Position numbers and translations under genes: made by a program. Below are positions 19,956-30,126 of a stretch of DNA of 64,000 nucleotides, piece by piece (within the stretch, counting starts at the first letter, position 1; every line of letters starts with the position of its first letter). The notes beneath the pieces are model-generated. The model saw only the letters and a list, made by a program, of their open reading frames with translations, was not told where the DNA came from and did no database searches. The stretch comes from a bacterium (lineage in GTDB: Bacteria; UBP13; UBA5359). The stretch covers positions 31,865 to 95,864 of the forward strand of contig JAQUEL010000001.1 in NCBI GenBank assembly GCA_028685295.1, given 5' to 3'.

Positions 19956-22094
19956 ATGTCGAGAGCACTTATTATAGTAGAGTCTCCTGCAAAAATAAAG
20001 ACGATAAAATCTTTTCTTGGTGATAAATATGTCGTCAAGGCATCCATGGGACATGTAATGGATCTGCCCTCCAGCAAATTGGGCGTTGATATTGAGCATA
20101 ATTTTGCGCCTGCTTATGAGGTTATCCCGGAAAAGAAGAATGTCATCACAGATCTGAAGAAATCCGCTCAATCTGCTTCCGAAGTGTATCTGGCTACTGA
20201 CCCGGACAGAGAGGGTGAGGCAATTGCCTGGCATTTGGCCCGTGCGCTTGAACTTAAAGATCCACGCCGGATACAATTCAACCAGATCACGCGTTCGGCT
20301 GTTGAAGAGGCATTAAAACACCCGCAAGATATAGATAACAGCCGTGTTGATGCACAGCAGGCCAGACGTGTTTTAGACAGGCTGGTGGGCTATAAGCTCA
20401 GTCCATTGCTTTGGAAAAAGGTGCGCAAAGGCCTGAGTGCCGGCAGAGTTCAATCCGTTGCTGTACGTATGGTTGTTGATCGCGAACGAGAGATAACCGC
20501 CTTTATCCCCGAGGAATATTGGAGTATCATTGCTACTCTGGCAAAGGAAGGCCATGAAGAGAGTTTCGAGGCCAGGCTTCACGCAGCTGACGGCAAAAAA
20601 ATAGATAACAAGAAAAACAAGATTGCCGACAAGGCTGCAATGGAGGCCATACTGGCAGGATTGCACGATGCCGTGTGGCAAATTGCTAATGTAACTCGGA
20701 AAGAACAGAAACGGAATCCTGCGCCACCGTTCATTACCAGTACTTTGCAGCAGGAAGCTGCTCGCAAGCTCGGCTTTTCCGCCCGGCGGACGATGGCGGT
20801 AGCTCAGCAGCTTTATGAAGGAATAGAGATGGGAGAGGCCGGCCATGTAGGCTTGATAACCTATATGAGAACCGACTCAACCAATGTAGCGCCTGAGGCG
20901 CAACAGGAGAGTCGCAATTGTGTCATGGAACGTTTCGGCAAGGAGTATCTGCCGGAGAAGCCGCCCGTATATCGCAGCCGCCGTGGGGCGCAGGAGGCGC
21001 ACGAGGCCATACGGCCTGCTTCCGTGATGAGAAGCCCGGAGGATATGAAAAAGTGGTTGTCACACGATCAGATAAGGCTGTATGACCTTATATGGAAGCG
21101 TTTTCTGGCCAGCCAGATGTCGCCGCTGATACTGGACGGAGTAACTATCGATATTAATGTCGGATCATGCATATTCAGAGCTACAGGCTCTACGGTGAAG
21201 TTTCCCGGCTTCTCACGTCTTTACACTGAAGGAGCTGATGACAGTGTTGATGAAGAAGCCAGGCGTACCTTGCCTGCAATGAAGCCGGGCGAGCGATTGG
21301 ATTGCAAAGGAATTACCCCTAAGCAGCATTTTACGCAGGCGCCTCCTCGCTATACCGAGGCCACGCTGATAAAGACTCTTGAGGAGAAAGGCATAGGCAG
21401 GCCAAGTACATATGCTCCGATCATTTATACTATTCAGGAGCGCGGCTATGTAGAGCAGGAGGAGAAGCGTTTCCGGCCGACGGAGCTGGGTATTCTGGTA
21501 ACCGATCTGCTGGTTCAATATTTCCCCGCCATAATGGATACCGGCTTTACGGCAAGAGTTGAGCAGGATCTGGATCAGATAGAGGAGCAGGGCGAGGATT
21601 GGCATGAGGTTATATCCGCTTTTTATCATCCCTTTGAGACAGCACTGCATACAGCGGAAAAAGAGGCTGAGAAGCGCAGGCCTACTCCTGTGGAAACTGA
21701 AGAAGTATGTGAGAAATGCGGACGGAAGATGGTAATCAAGGAAGGCCGATTCGGTAAGTTTTTGGCCTGTCCAGGCTTTCCCGAGTGTCGCAATACCAGG
21801 CCGATCAGGAAGACTGTTGGCGCGCGATGTCCTCGTCCAGAGTGTGAAGGGGAGCTCGTTGAACGAAAAGGTAAGCGCAGCCGGATCTTCCATGGCTGCA
21901 GCCGTTATCCGGCATGCGATTTTGTTGTCTGGGGCAGGATATCCACAGAACATAAATGCAGCCGTTGTGGTGGACCTACCGCTGTCAAGGGATCCGAAAG
22001 AAAAGGCTTGACTTATACTTGCATCGACCCCGGCTGTCCAGAGTGCGGAGGCGCTGGCAACGATCAGGAGAAGCCGACTGAAGCGGCGGAGTGA
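19956..22094 (+). CDS. topA: DNA topoisomerase I with C-terminal zinc-ribbon repeats
   Basis: TOPRIM N-terminus ALIIVESPAKIKTI, active-site region, C-terminal CxxC zinc ribbons (CEKCGRKMV, CPRPECEGELV, CSRCGG). Confidence 0.95.
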   Translation: MSRALIIVESPAKIKTIKSFLGDKYVVKASMGHVMDLPSSKLGVDIEHNFAPAYEVIPEKKNVITDLKKSAQSASEVYLATDPDREGEAIAWHLARALELKDPRRIQFNQITRSAVEEALKHPQDIDNSRVDAQQARRVLDRLVGYKLSPLLWKKVRKGLSAGRVQSVAVRMVVDREREITAFIPEEYWSIIATLAKEGHEESFEARLHAADGKKIDNKKNKIADKAAMEAILAGLHDAVWQIANVTRKEQKRNPAPPFITSTLQQEAARKLGFSARRTMAVAQQLYEGIEMGEAGHVGLITYMRTDSTNVAPEAQQESRNCVMERFGKEYLPEKPPVYRSRRGAQEAHEAIRPASVMRSPEDMKKWLSHDQIRLYDLIWKRFLASQMSPLILDGVTIDINVGSCIFRATGSTVKFPGFSRLYTEGADDSVDEEARRTLPAMKPGERLDCKGITPKQHFTQAPPRYTEATLIKTLEEKGIGRPSTYAPIIYTIQERGYVEQEEKRFRPTELGILVTDLLVQYFPAIMDTGFTARVEQDLDQIEEQGEDWHEVISAFYHPFETALHTAEKEAEKRRPTPVETEEVCEKCGRKMVIKEGRFGKFLACPGFPECRNTRPIRKTVGARCPRPECEGELVERKGKRSRIFHGCSRYPACDFVVWGRISTEHKCSRCGGPTAVKGSERKGLTYTCIDPGCPECGGAGNDQEKPTEAAE

Positions 22095-22121
22095 TATGTG
22101 GGTATACGCTTGCAGGCCGGC

Positions 22122-22151
22122 TTGATAATGATCTGTAAATTATGATATACT
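22122..22151 (+). promoter_or_regulatory. candidate sigma70 promoter for rpsB (TTGATA-18nt-TATACT)
   Basis: TTGATA 22122..22127; TATACT 22146..22151. Confidence 0.35.
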
Positions 22152-22281
22152 ACGGCAGTAAAAACAACACACGCCGTTTGATCTGACCGGTGGTGGCCCG
22201 GCATGCAGATTTTGAATGCCGGGTTCCGGAGGAGATGAGAATGGCGGAGGTTGAAAACCGATAGGAAAGGAGGTGACCATA

Positions 22282-23133
22282 ATGGCGGTTGTATCCATGA
22301 AACAACTTTTGGAAGCAGGCGTACATTTTGGTCATCAGACCAGAAGATGGAATCCCAAGATGAAGAAGTATATCTTTGCCGATAGAAATGGGATTTACAT
22401 CATCGATCTACAGAAAACGGTACGGAAAGTAGATGAGGCATACAACTTCATCAAAGAGGTGGTGGATGGCGGCGGTATAGCCCTCTTTGTCGGCACTAAG
22501 AAGCAGGCACAGGAAACCGTAGCCGAGGAAGCTACCCGTTGCGGTATGTTCTACATCAACCAGCGTTGGCTGGGCGGTACCCTGACCAATTTCCAGACTA
22601 TTCAGAAGCGCATCAGACGGTTGAAAGATCTTGAGCGCATGAAAGAAGACGGATATTTTGAAGTGCTTCCCAAGAAGGAAGTCAGCTCTCTTCAGGACGA
22701 AATGGATAAGCTGGAGAGAAACCTGGGCGGTATCAAAAATATGCCGGGTGTACCATCTGTTCTCTTTATTACCGATACTAAAAAGGAGCATATCGCCGTA
22801 ACCGAGGCAAGGCGTCTGGATATACCCATTGTGGCTATTGTAGATACCAACTGTGATCCTGATGAGGTCGATTACGTTATTCCCGGAAACGACGATGCCA
22901 TCAGAGCGCTTCGCCTGTTGACTTCCAAGATGGCTGATGCCGTGCTGGAAGCCAAGCAGGGTGAACAGACGGAGGAAGAGGCTGCGGAGCCTATTGCGGC
23001 TCCAATTGAAGCAGCAGCCGCGGGTGAAGCGGCCGAAACGGCCCTGGCCGAGGCATTTAAAGCTGCTGCCGGTGAGCCTGAAGTTGAGAAGGAAACCGAA
23101 GAAACGACTGAGGAAGCGCCTCAGGCAGTGTGA
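22282..23133 (+). CDS. rpsB: 30S ribosomal protein S2 with acidic/Ala-rich C-terminal tail
   Basis: ATG 22282 with SD AAAGGAGGTGA 7 nt upstream. [27 protein letters not shown]. Confidence 0.95.
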   Translation: MAVVSMKQLLEAGVHFGHQTRRWNPKMKKYIFADRNGIYIIDLQKTVRKVDEAYNFIKEVVDGGGIALFVGTKKQAQETVAEEATRCGMFYINQRWLGGTLTNFQTIQKRIRRLKDLERMKEDGYFEVLPKKEVSSLQDEMDKLERNLGGIKNMPGVPSVLFITDTKKEHIAVTEARRLDIPIVAIVDTNCDPDEVDYVIPGNDDAIRALRLLTSKMADAVLEAKQGEQTEEEAAEPIAAPIEAAAAGEAAETALAEAFKAAAGEPEVEKETEETTEEAPQAV

Positions 23134-23153
23134 AAAAGTATGCGAGTTAATGG

Positions 23154-23193
23154 AGGCAAGAGGCATACAGCCTCTTGCCTCTTTACTTGCTTT
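23154..23193 (+). terminator. rho-independent terminator-like hairpin after rpsB
   Basis: AGGCAAGAGGC-ATACA-GCCTCTTGCCT (11-bp stem) followed by CTTTACTTGCTTT. Confidence 0.55.
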
Positions 23194-23472
23194 AGAGGGA
23201 GCCAGGGGCCGGCAGTGAAAAGTGCAGCCGGTTATTAGCAAACCAGCTAAAAAACCTATAGGCCTGCCGTGGGGATGAAAGCGTCACATGGGATCAAGGG
23301 CCTTGCAATTAGCATTGGCTCAAATAGTTTTCAGTATCGTTGGGCGAACGGGAATTAACACTTGTGGAGATATAAGCAGTCGATAGACACTCAGCCCAAG
23401 GATCCTTCCGGGGTTTGCTCCGAGGAGCGTCAACCGGGCTTAGTTTTAAAAGTTGATTAGAGGGAGGAAAGA

Positions 23473-24078
23473 ATGGATATTTCTGCGGCCAAAGTTAAAG
23501 AATTGCGTGAAAAAACCGGTGCCGGTATGATGGATTGTAAAAAGGCGTTGACCGAGGCTAACGGCGATATGGGCAAGGCTGCCGATATACTTCGGACGAA
23601 GGGCCTGGCCTCAGTTGCCAAACGCACCAGTCGTGTTGCAGCCGAGGGTGTTATTGAGGCCTATATTCATGGTGGCGGCAAATTAGGTGTGCTTGTAGAA
23701 GTGAATTGTGAAACTGATTTTGTAGCCAAGACGGATGAATTCAAAGCGTTTGCACGGGATATAGCAATGCAAATAGCAGCCACTGATCCTGATTATGTCG
23801 GCAGAGATGATGTTCCGGCCGATATTCTCGATCGAGAGAAGAGCGTTTTAAAAGAGCAGGCGCTTCAAGAAGGCAAGCCGGCGAATATAGTTGACAAGAT
23901 CATAGAAGGCCGTCTTGATAAATTCTATAGCCGGGTTTGTCTTCTGGATCAGCCCTTCGTAAAGGATGATTCCCAAACGGTTGGTGATGTCCTTAAGGAA
24001 ACCATAGCTAAATTAGGCGAAAATATGGTGATTCGTCGCTTTGTGCGTTATGTCCTTGGTCAGGGAGTGCAAGAGTAG
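23473..24078 (+). CDS. tsf: elongation factor Ts (short form)
   Basis: [29 protein letters not shown]-like N-terminus and EF-Ts core; 201 aa. Confidence 0.95.
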   Translation: MDISAAKVKELREKTGAGMMDCKKALTEANGDMGKAADILRTKGLASVAKRTSRVAAEGVIEAYIHGGGKLGVLVEVNCETDFVAKTDEFKAFARDIAMQIAATDPDYVGRDDVPADILDREKSVLKEQALQEGKPANIVDKIIEGRLDKFYSRVCLLDQPFVKDDSQTVGDVLKETIAKLGENMVIRRFVRYVLGQGVQE

Positions 24079-24846
<768 letters not shown>

Positions 24847-24848
24847 TC

Positions 24849-25406
24849 ATGTTAAAAGATTTGCTCCATGATATGGAAGATAAGGCACGTAAGAGTATTG
24901 AGGCAAGCAAACGAGAAATAGCAAGTATTCGTACCGGGCGGGCAAATCCGGCGCTTCTGGACAGAATACATGTTGAATATTACGGCAATGAAACACCGTT
25001 GAACCAGGTAGCTAATATTTCTGTACCGGAACCACGGTTGCTGGTGATACAGCCCTGGGACAAAAGCATGGTATCCATAATTGAGCGTGCCATTGCTAAG
25101 TCGGATCTCGATCTTCCGACATCCAGCGATGGGCAGGTAATAAGAATAGCGATTCCTCAGTTGACGGAGGAACGGCGTCGCGATCTGGTCAAGGTGGTTG
25201 GGCGTAAGATAGAAGAAGGACGGGTGGCTATCCGTAATGTGAGACGTGATGTTAATGACCGGCTCAAGCAGATGGAGAAGAATGGTGATATATCCGAAGA
25301 TGATATGCATAGAGCTCAGGAACAGGCGCAGAAAATCACCGATAAAGCCATCGAGGATATAAATGAGGTTGAGAAGAATAAAGAAAAAGAGATAATGGAG
25401 GTCTGA
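24849..25406 (+). CDS. frr: ribosome recycling factor
   Basis: IASIRTGRANPALLD motif; 185 aa. Confidence 0.95.
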   Translation: MLKDLLHDMEDKARKSIEASKREIASIRTGRANPALLDRIHVEYYGNETPLNQVANISVPEPRLLVIQPWDKSMVSIIERAIAKSDLDLPTSSDGQVIRIAIPQLTEERRRDLVKVVGRKIEEGRVAIRNVRRDVNDRLKQMEKNGDISEDDMHRAQEQAQKITDKAIEDINEVEKNKEKEIMEV

Positions 25407-25651
25407 ACCGCGCTTTCAGCGGCCCGGTAGCTTCATTATGCGCGACCTGATTGCTTATACTTATGATAGAGCTCTGGAGATTATTTGCAATGAGGGTATT
25501 TGCCTGATGGGAGCGGAAATAACCTGCCCTGCCAGGCATTTGCCGCGGGGGATGGGACAGCTGAGAGTGATCAGCCAGCATGAAGATGGCGAGAACAGGC
25601 TTTTCCTGACCTTGGCTCATGAGGTTGAAACGGGGAAGGAGGTGGCTGAAG

Positions 25652-25825
25652 ATGGCCTACAAGATTTCTGATGAATGCGTTCAATGCGGCACTTGTGTGG
25701 ATACTTGCCCGGTGGGTGCCATCAAAGAGGAAAACGAAAATTTTCTTTTTATTGATCAGAACGGATGTACGAAATGCGGAACTTGCGTTAATGAATGTCC
25801 AATAGGAGCTATCAACGAAGAATAA
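25652..25825 (+). CDS. 2x[4Fe-4S] ferredoxin (57 aa)
   Basis: Two CxxCxxCxxxCP motifs (CVQCGTCVDTCP; CTKCGTCVNECP). SD GAAGGAGGTG upstream of ATG 25652. Confidence 0.8.
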   Translation: MAYKISDECVQCGTCVDTCPVGAIKEENENFLFIDQNGCTKCGTCVNECPIGAINEE

Positions 25826-25888
25826 GATAAATCCCCTCCTTGGAGGGGCTTTATCTTATTCTTTAAAAATTATGACGGAGATGGTGAG

Positions 25889-26680
25889 TTGAGTATAGTA
25901 GGAAAGCTATTATCATTATTCAAGCATAAAAGCGCAAGTAGTCCGGAATTGGATAATTCTATGGGCTCTCTTGACCAGAGTTCACTGCCGGCACATGTGG
26001 CCGTTATAATGGATGGCAATGGAAGATGGGCTTGCAAGCGCGGTATGCCCAGATCGGCCGGACATGCGGCTGGGGCTGAAACCGTAAGAGAGATAATTAA
26101 GGCCTGTAAAGATATCGGTATAAAGTATCTTACGCTTTATTCATTTTCAACTGAGAACTGGAAGCGTCCCACTGAAGAAGTGAGTATTCTTATGGAATTG
26201 TTCGAGCGTTATATGAAGGCTGAATTGGCTGAGATGAAGGCTAAAGGTGTGCGTGTAAGGGTAATTGGAGATATGGATAGGCTATCCGCATCGCTAGCTG
26301 AAGTTTTCAGAGCTTCTATGGAGGCAACAGCCGATAACGACTCTCTTATATTGAATCTAGCCGTCAGTTATTCCGGCAGAGATGAGCTTCGTCGGGCGAT
26401 GGGTGCCCTGGCCGGCGATATTCTTGACGGACGTCTCAAGGTTGAGGAACTGACCGAGGCATTTATAAGCGATAGGCTTGATACGGCAGGGCAGCCGGAC
26501 CCTGATTTGCTTATACGAACAGGAGGCGATTTCAGGGTAAGCAACTTTTTGCTCTGGCAGATAGCTTATACAGAGATAGCGGTCGTTGATGTCCTGTGGC
26601 CGGATTTTACCAGAGAGCATCTGGTTAAGGCTATAAGGGATTATCAGCAACGCGAGCGGCGATTTGGAGAGGTGAAATGA
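25889..26680 (+). CDS. uppS: undecaprenyl diphosphate synthase (isoprenyl transferase)
   Basis: HVAVIMDGNGRWA motif and IRTGG..RVSNFLLWQ motif. TTG start gives a ~37-aa leader before the core; alternative internal ATG possible. Confidence 0.9.
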   Translation: MSIVGKLLSLFKHKSASSPELDNSMGSLDQSSLPAHVAVIMDGNGRWACKRGMPRSAGHAAGAETVREIIKACKDIGIKYLTLYSFSTENWKRPTEEVSILMELFERYMKAELAEMKAKGVRVRVIGDMDRLSASLAEVFRASMEATADNDSLILNLAVSYSGRDELRRAMGALAGDILDGRLKVEELTEAFISDRLDTAGQPDPDLLIRTGGDFRVSNFLLWQIAYTEIAVVDVLWPDFTREHLVKAIRDYQQRERRFGEVK

Positions 26681-27843
26681 TTCCTGATCGAAGGAAAGGA
26701 ATAGCGGTTTTGGGGTCCACCGGTGTCATCGGCAGTCTGACACTGGCAATTATTGCCGCTCATGCCGACAAGTATCGTCTTGTCACCATGGCTGCCGGTA
26801 GGAATGTCGAAAAAGCGCTGGAGCAGGCTCGAGAGTTTCAACCGGATTATATCTGCATGTATGATTCAGCGGCTGCTCATGAACTGGAAGCAAGGCTGGA
26901 TGGATGTAAAGTGGGATGTGGTCGGGAAGGTCTGGCAGAAGCAGCTGTGTATCCATCCGTTGACATTGTTATGATGGCCGTCAGTGGGGCTGTAGGTCTG
27001 ATGCCGACTCTGGCAGCCATACGTTCAGGCAAGGATATTGCTTTGGCAAATAAGGAGACTTTAGTTCTGGGCGGTAGTGTGGTTATGCCGGAGGTATCGC
27101 GACACGGGGTGAAATTGCTGCCTGTTGATAGTGAGCATAGCGCCATTTTTCAGGCTTCCCGGGCAGAGCGAAAGAGCGATTTGGAAAGAATAATTTTGAC
27201 AGCATCTGGAGGTCCGTTTGTGCATATGACAATAGATGAGATGGCAGGAATAACGCCTGAAAGAGCTCTTTGTCATCCTACGTGGCGCATGGGACCGAAA
27301 ATTACGATAGATTCCGCTACCATGATGAATAAAGGTTTGGAGATAATAGAAGCCATGTGGCTTTTCAATATGCCGCTGGATAAAATAGAGGTTGTGGTAC
27401 ATCCCCAGAGCATTGTTCATTCTATGGTCGGTTTTATTGACGGCTCTGTGCTGGCACAATTGGGACCGGCCGATATGAAGATACCGATAAGTTATGCTTT
27501 AGGATATCCCGATCGGCTTGATTATTGTGGAGAACGTCTGGACCCGGCCGGTATCGGCAGCCTGACATTCGAACATCCGGATGAGAAAAGGTTCCCTTCC
27601 CTGCGCCTGGCACGAGAGGCGGCGGCAAAGGGTGGAACCGCTCCCGGAGTAATGAATGCTGCCAATGAAGTGGCTGTCGATCTCTTCCTGAAAGGCAAGA
27701 TTTCCTTTGTCGCTATAGCCGCGGTTACCGAAGCCGTTTTATCCGCCCACACCGTATGTTCCAACCCCTCTTTAGAGGAGTTATTGAATGCCGATAAATG
27801 GGCTCGGGAAGCAGCATTGTGTGCTGTCGGCTGCTTACATTGA
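26677..27843 (+). CDS. dxr: 1-deoxy-D-xylulose 5-phosphate reductoisomerase
   Basis: IAVLGSTGVIGSLTL NADPH motif, LANKETLV motif. ATGA overlap with uppS. Confidence 0.95.
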   Translation: MIPDRRKGIAVLGSTGVIGSLTLAIIAAHADKYRLVTMAAGRNVEKALEQAREFQPDYICMYDSAAAHELEARLDGCKVGCGREGLAEAAVYPSVDIVMMAVSGAVGLMPTLAAIRSGKDIALANKETLVLGGSVVMPEVSRHGVKLLPVDSEHSAIFQASRAERKSDLERIILTASGGPFVHMTIDEMAGITPERALCHPTWRMGPKITIDSATMMNKGLEIIEAMWLFNMPLDKIEVVVHPQSIVHSMVGFIDGSVLAQLGPADMKIPISYALGYPDRLDYCGERLDPAGIGSLTFEHPDEKRFPSLRLAREAAAKGGTAPGVMNAANEVAVDLFLKGKISFVAIAAVTEAVLSAHTVCSNPSLEELLNADKWAREAALCAVGCLH

Positions 27844-27978
27844 TGTTTGTAAATTGTGGCCTTTAGCATTATAATTGGGAATAATTAAATATCCGGTGCC
27901 TATAGCTCCGGATAGTGCCCCGGTTGCCGGCTCGGGCTGCTATATTCTGATTTCTGATTTCTGAACAGGGGAACTGTT

Positions 27979-29031
27979 ATGCTTGTTACACTTATCTCTT
28001 TTATCATCGTCATTGGCGTGCTCACTCTGGTACATGAGTTCGGACACTTTATTACCGCCAGGCGCTCCGGTATAGTGGTGGATGAATTTGCTCTGGGAAT
28101 GGGACCGATGCTTTTCAATCGGACTGTTGGTGAAACCAGGTATCAGGTAAATCTCTTCCCCATAGGAGGATATGTAAAGATCGCCGGTATGGATGGAGAA
28201 GAAGAAGACAGGGCAAACGGTTTTAATTCCAAGCCGTTATCCAGGCGTATGATGGTTATTATAGCGGGCTCCGTCATGAATCTCTTTCTTGCCGCCTTGG
28301 TATTTATTATTCTTGGTATGGTCGGCGGTCGTCCTGTCGGTGTTCTTTCTGTAGTCGATCGAGTGATTGCCGCCTCACCTGCAGATCGGGCTCAGATCAT
28401 GCGAGGAGATAAGATTCTGGGCGTGGACGGCAAACGCTTTGATACTACTGCTCAGATAACACGCTACATATCCGCTCGACCGGGGAAAACGGTTGTTTTA
28501 CTTATCGAGCGAAATAAGGTTGAGCATCAGGTAGAGTTAAAGACAGAAGTTTATAGCGGATCTGTTCAAGAGGGAGAAAAGATAGTCAAGAAGGATATCG
28601 GGCGCATAGGCGTAGTATTCAAAGTCCTTATGCGGCCGATGGGCTTTAGAGAATCTCTATCCGTGGGTGTATTACAAACTTACGAACTCACGAGGGATGT
28701 CATAAAATCGCTTTACTGGTTGATGACTTTCAAAGTGCCGGTTGATGCCGTTTCCGGACCCGTGGGCATTGCCAGAGTAGTGGGCGATGCTGCCAGAACC
28801 GGTGGAATAACGGGCCTGCTTTTCTGGCTGGCGGCATTAAGTGCCAACGTGGGCGTTTTCAATCTTCTGCCTTTGCCGGCACTTGACGGCGGCCGTTTGG
28901 CTTTTCTGATATTAGAGGCGTTCCGCGGCGGAAAAAAGATAGACCCCAAGAAAGAGGGACTCGTGCATCTGATCGGATTGGTTCTTTTGCTGGCCCTGAT
29001 AGCCGCCATAACCCTCAGGGAGATATTCTAA
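27979..29031 (+). CDS. rseP: RIP zinc metalloprotease RseP (site-2 protease, M50) with PDZ domain
   Basis: HEFGHF zinc motif in TM1; PDZ region; LDGG motif near the C-terminus. Confidence 0.9.
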   Translation: MLVTLISFIIVIGVLTLVHEFGHFITARRSGIVVDEFALGMGPMLFNRTVGETRYQVNLFPIGGYVKIAGMDGEEEDRANGFNSKPLSRRMMVIIAGSVMNLFLAALVFIILGMVGGRPVGVLSVVDRVIAASPADRAQIMRGDKILGVDGKRFDTTAQITRYISARPGKTVVLLIERNKVEHQVELKTEVYSGSVQEGEKIVKKDIGRIGVVFKVLMRPMGFRESLSVGVLQTYELTRDVIKSLYWLMTFKVPVDAVSGPVGIARVVGDAARTGGITGLLFWLAALSANVGVFNLLPLPALDGGRLAFLILEAFRGGKKIDPKKEGLVHLIGLVLLLALIAAITLREIF

Positions 29032-30126
29032 ATGATTGTTCGGAGAGATGCCAGACGTATTGCTTTAGGTACGCGTTACATCGGGGGAAATGGGCCTGTA
29101 ATGGTGCAATCGATGGCCAATACCGATACCAGAAATGTAAAAGAGACGGCTGAGCAAATAGCCCGACTCAGAGACCTTGGCTGTGAGGCTATTAGAGTAG
29201 CCGTGCCGGATATGGAAGCCGCTCATGCGCTGGGTAAGATAAAGGCAACTGCCGGTATGCCGTTGATAGCGGATATACATTTCGATTATCGTCTGGCGCT
29301 GGAGGCGCTGAAGCAGGGCGTGGATAAACTGCGGCTTAATCCCGGCAATATCAGTGATGCCGGCAAGGTTAAGGAAATTGCCTGTGAGGCTAAGGCTAGA
29401 GGTGTACCTATCAGGGTGGGTGCCAATGCCGGCTCGCTCTCTCCGGATATCGTGGAGAGATATGGTGGTGCCGTAAGCGAAGCTATAGTCGAAAGTGCCT
29501 GGGAGCAGGTCCGTTTGCTGGAGGAGAATGGCTTTGAAGATATTGTCATATCTTTGAAGGCCTTTGATATAGAGAAGACCGTAGATGCATATGCCAGGAT
29601 GGCTGAAAGAACGGATTATCCTTTTCATATAGGTATAACTGAGGCAGGACGGGCCTGGGCCGGAACGATAAGGTCTTCTATCGGCATAGGCATACTGCTT
29701 TATAAAGGGCTGGGCGATACTCTGCGCGTTTCATTGACGGCTGAGCCGGAAGAAGAGGTTAAAACAGCCTGGGAGATATTGAAATCTTTAGGCATACGCC
29801 AGCGTGGTCCCATAATAATCTCCTGTCCAACCTGTGGCCGCTGTGAAGTAGATGTTATAGGCATGGCCCAGGAGGTGGAGAATCGCCTTAGCGGTGTCGC
29901 GGAACCGATAAAAATAGCCGTTATGGGATGCGTTGTAAACGGACCTGGTGAAGCCAGGGATGCCGATGTGGGGATAGCTGGCGGGCGTGGACGCGGTATG
30001 CTCTTTCGGCATGGGAAGATGCTCAAAGTGCTGCCGGAGCGTCTTCTGATACCGGCGCTTATGGCAGAAATAGATGATATATTGTTGAATCGGGAAGCGG
30101 GAGGAACGAAAAATGCGCATGAGTAA
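29032..30126 (+). CDS. ispG: 4-hydroxy-3-methylbut-2-en-1-yl diphosphate synthase
   Basis: GcpE motifs VQSMANTDT, RVGANAGSL, CPTCGRC ([4Fe-4S] ligands). Confidence 0.95.
   Translation: MIVRRDARRIALGTRYIGGNGPVMVQSMANTDTRNVKETAEQIARLRDLGCEAIRVAVPDMEAAHALGKIKATAGMPLIADIHFDYRLALEALKQGVDKLRLNPGNISDAGKVKEIACEAKARGVPIRVGANAGSLSPDIVERYGGAVSEAIVESAWEQVRLLEENGFEDIVISLKAFDIEKTVDAYARMAERTDYPFHIGITEAGRAWAGTIRSSIGIGILLYKGLGDTLRVSLTAEPEEEVKTAWEILKSLGIRQRGPIIISCPTCGRCEVDVIGMAQEVENRLSGVAEPIKIAVMGCVVNGPGEARDADVGIAGGRGRGMLFRHGKMLKVLPERLLIPALMAEIDDILLNREAGGTKNAHE

Noticed and set aside
21213-21953. 246-aa minus-strand ORF
   Set aside because: Antisense to the topA coding region; no RBS; no family resemblance.
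22408-23241. 277-aa minus-strand ORF
   Set aside because: Lies entirely antisense to rpsB, whose identity is unambiguous. Low-complexity translation. Typical shadow ORF in a GC-balanced genome.
25438-25671. 77-aa ORF between frr and the ferredoxin gene
   Set aside because: No SD; overlaps the ferredoxin start. Could still be a leader region of unknown function, but coding is unsupported.
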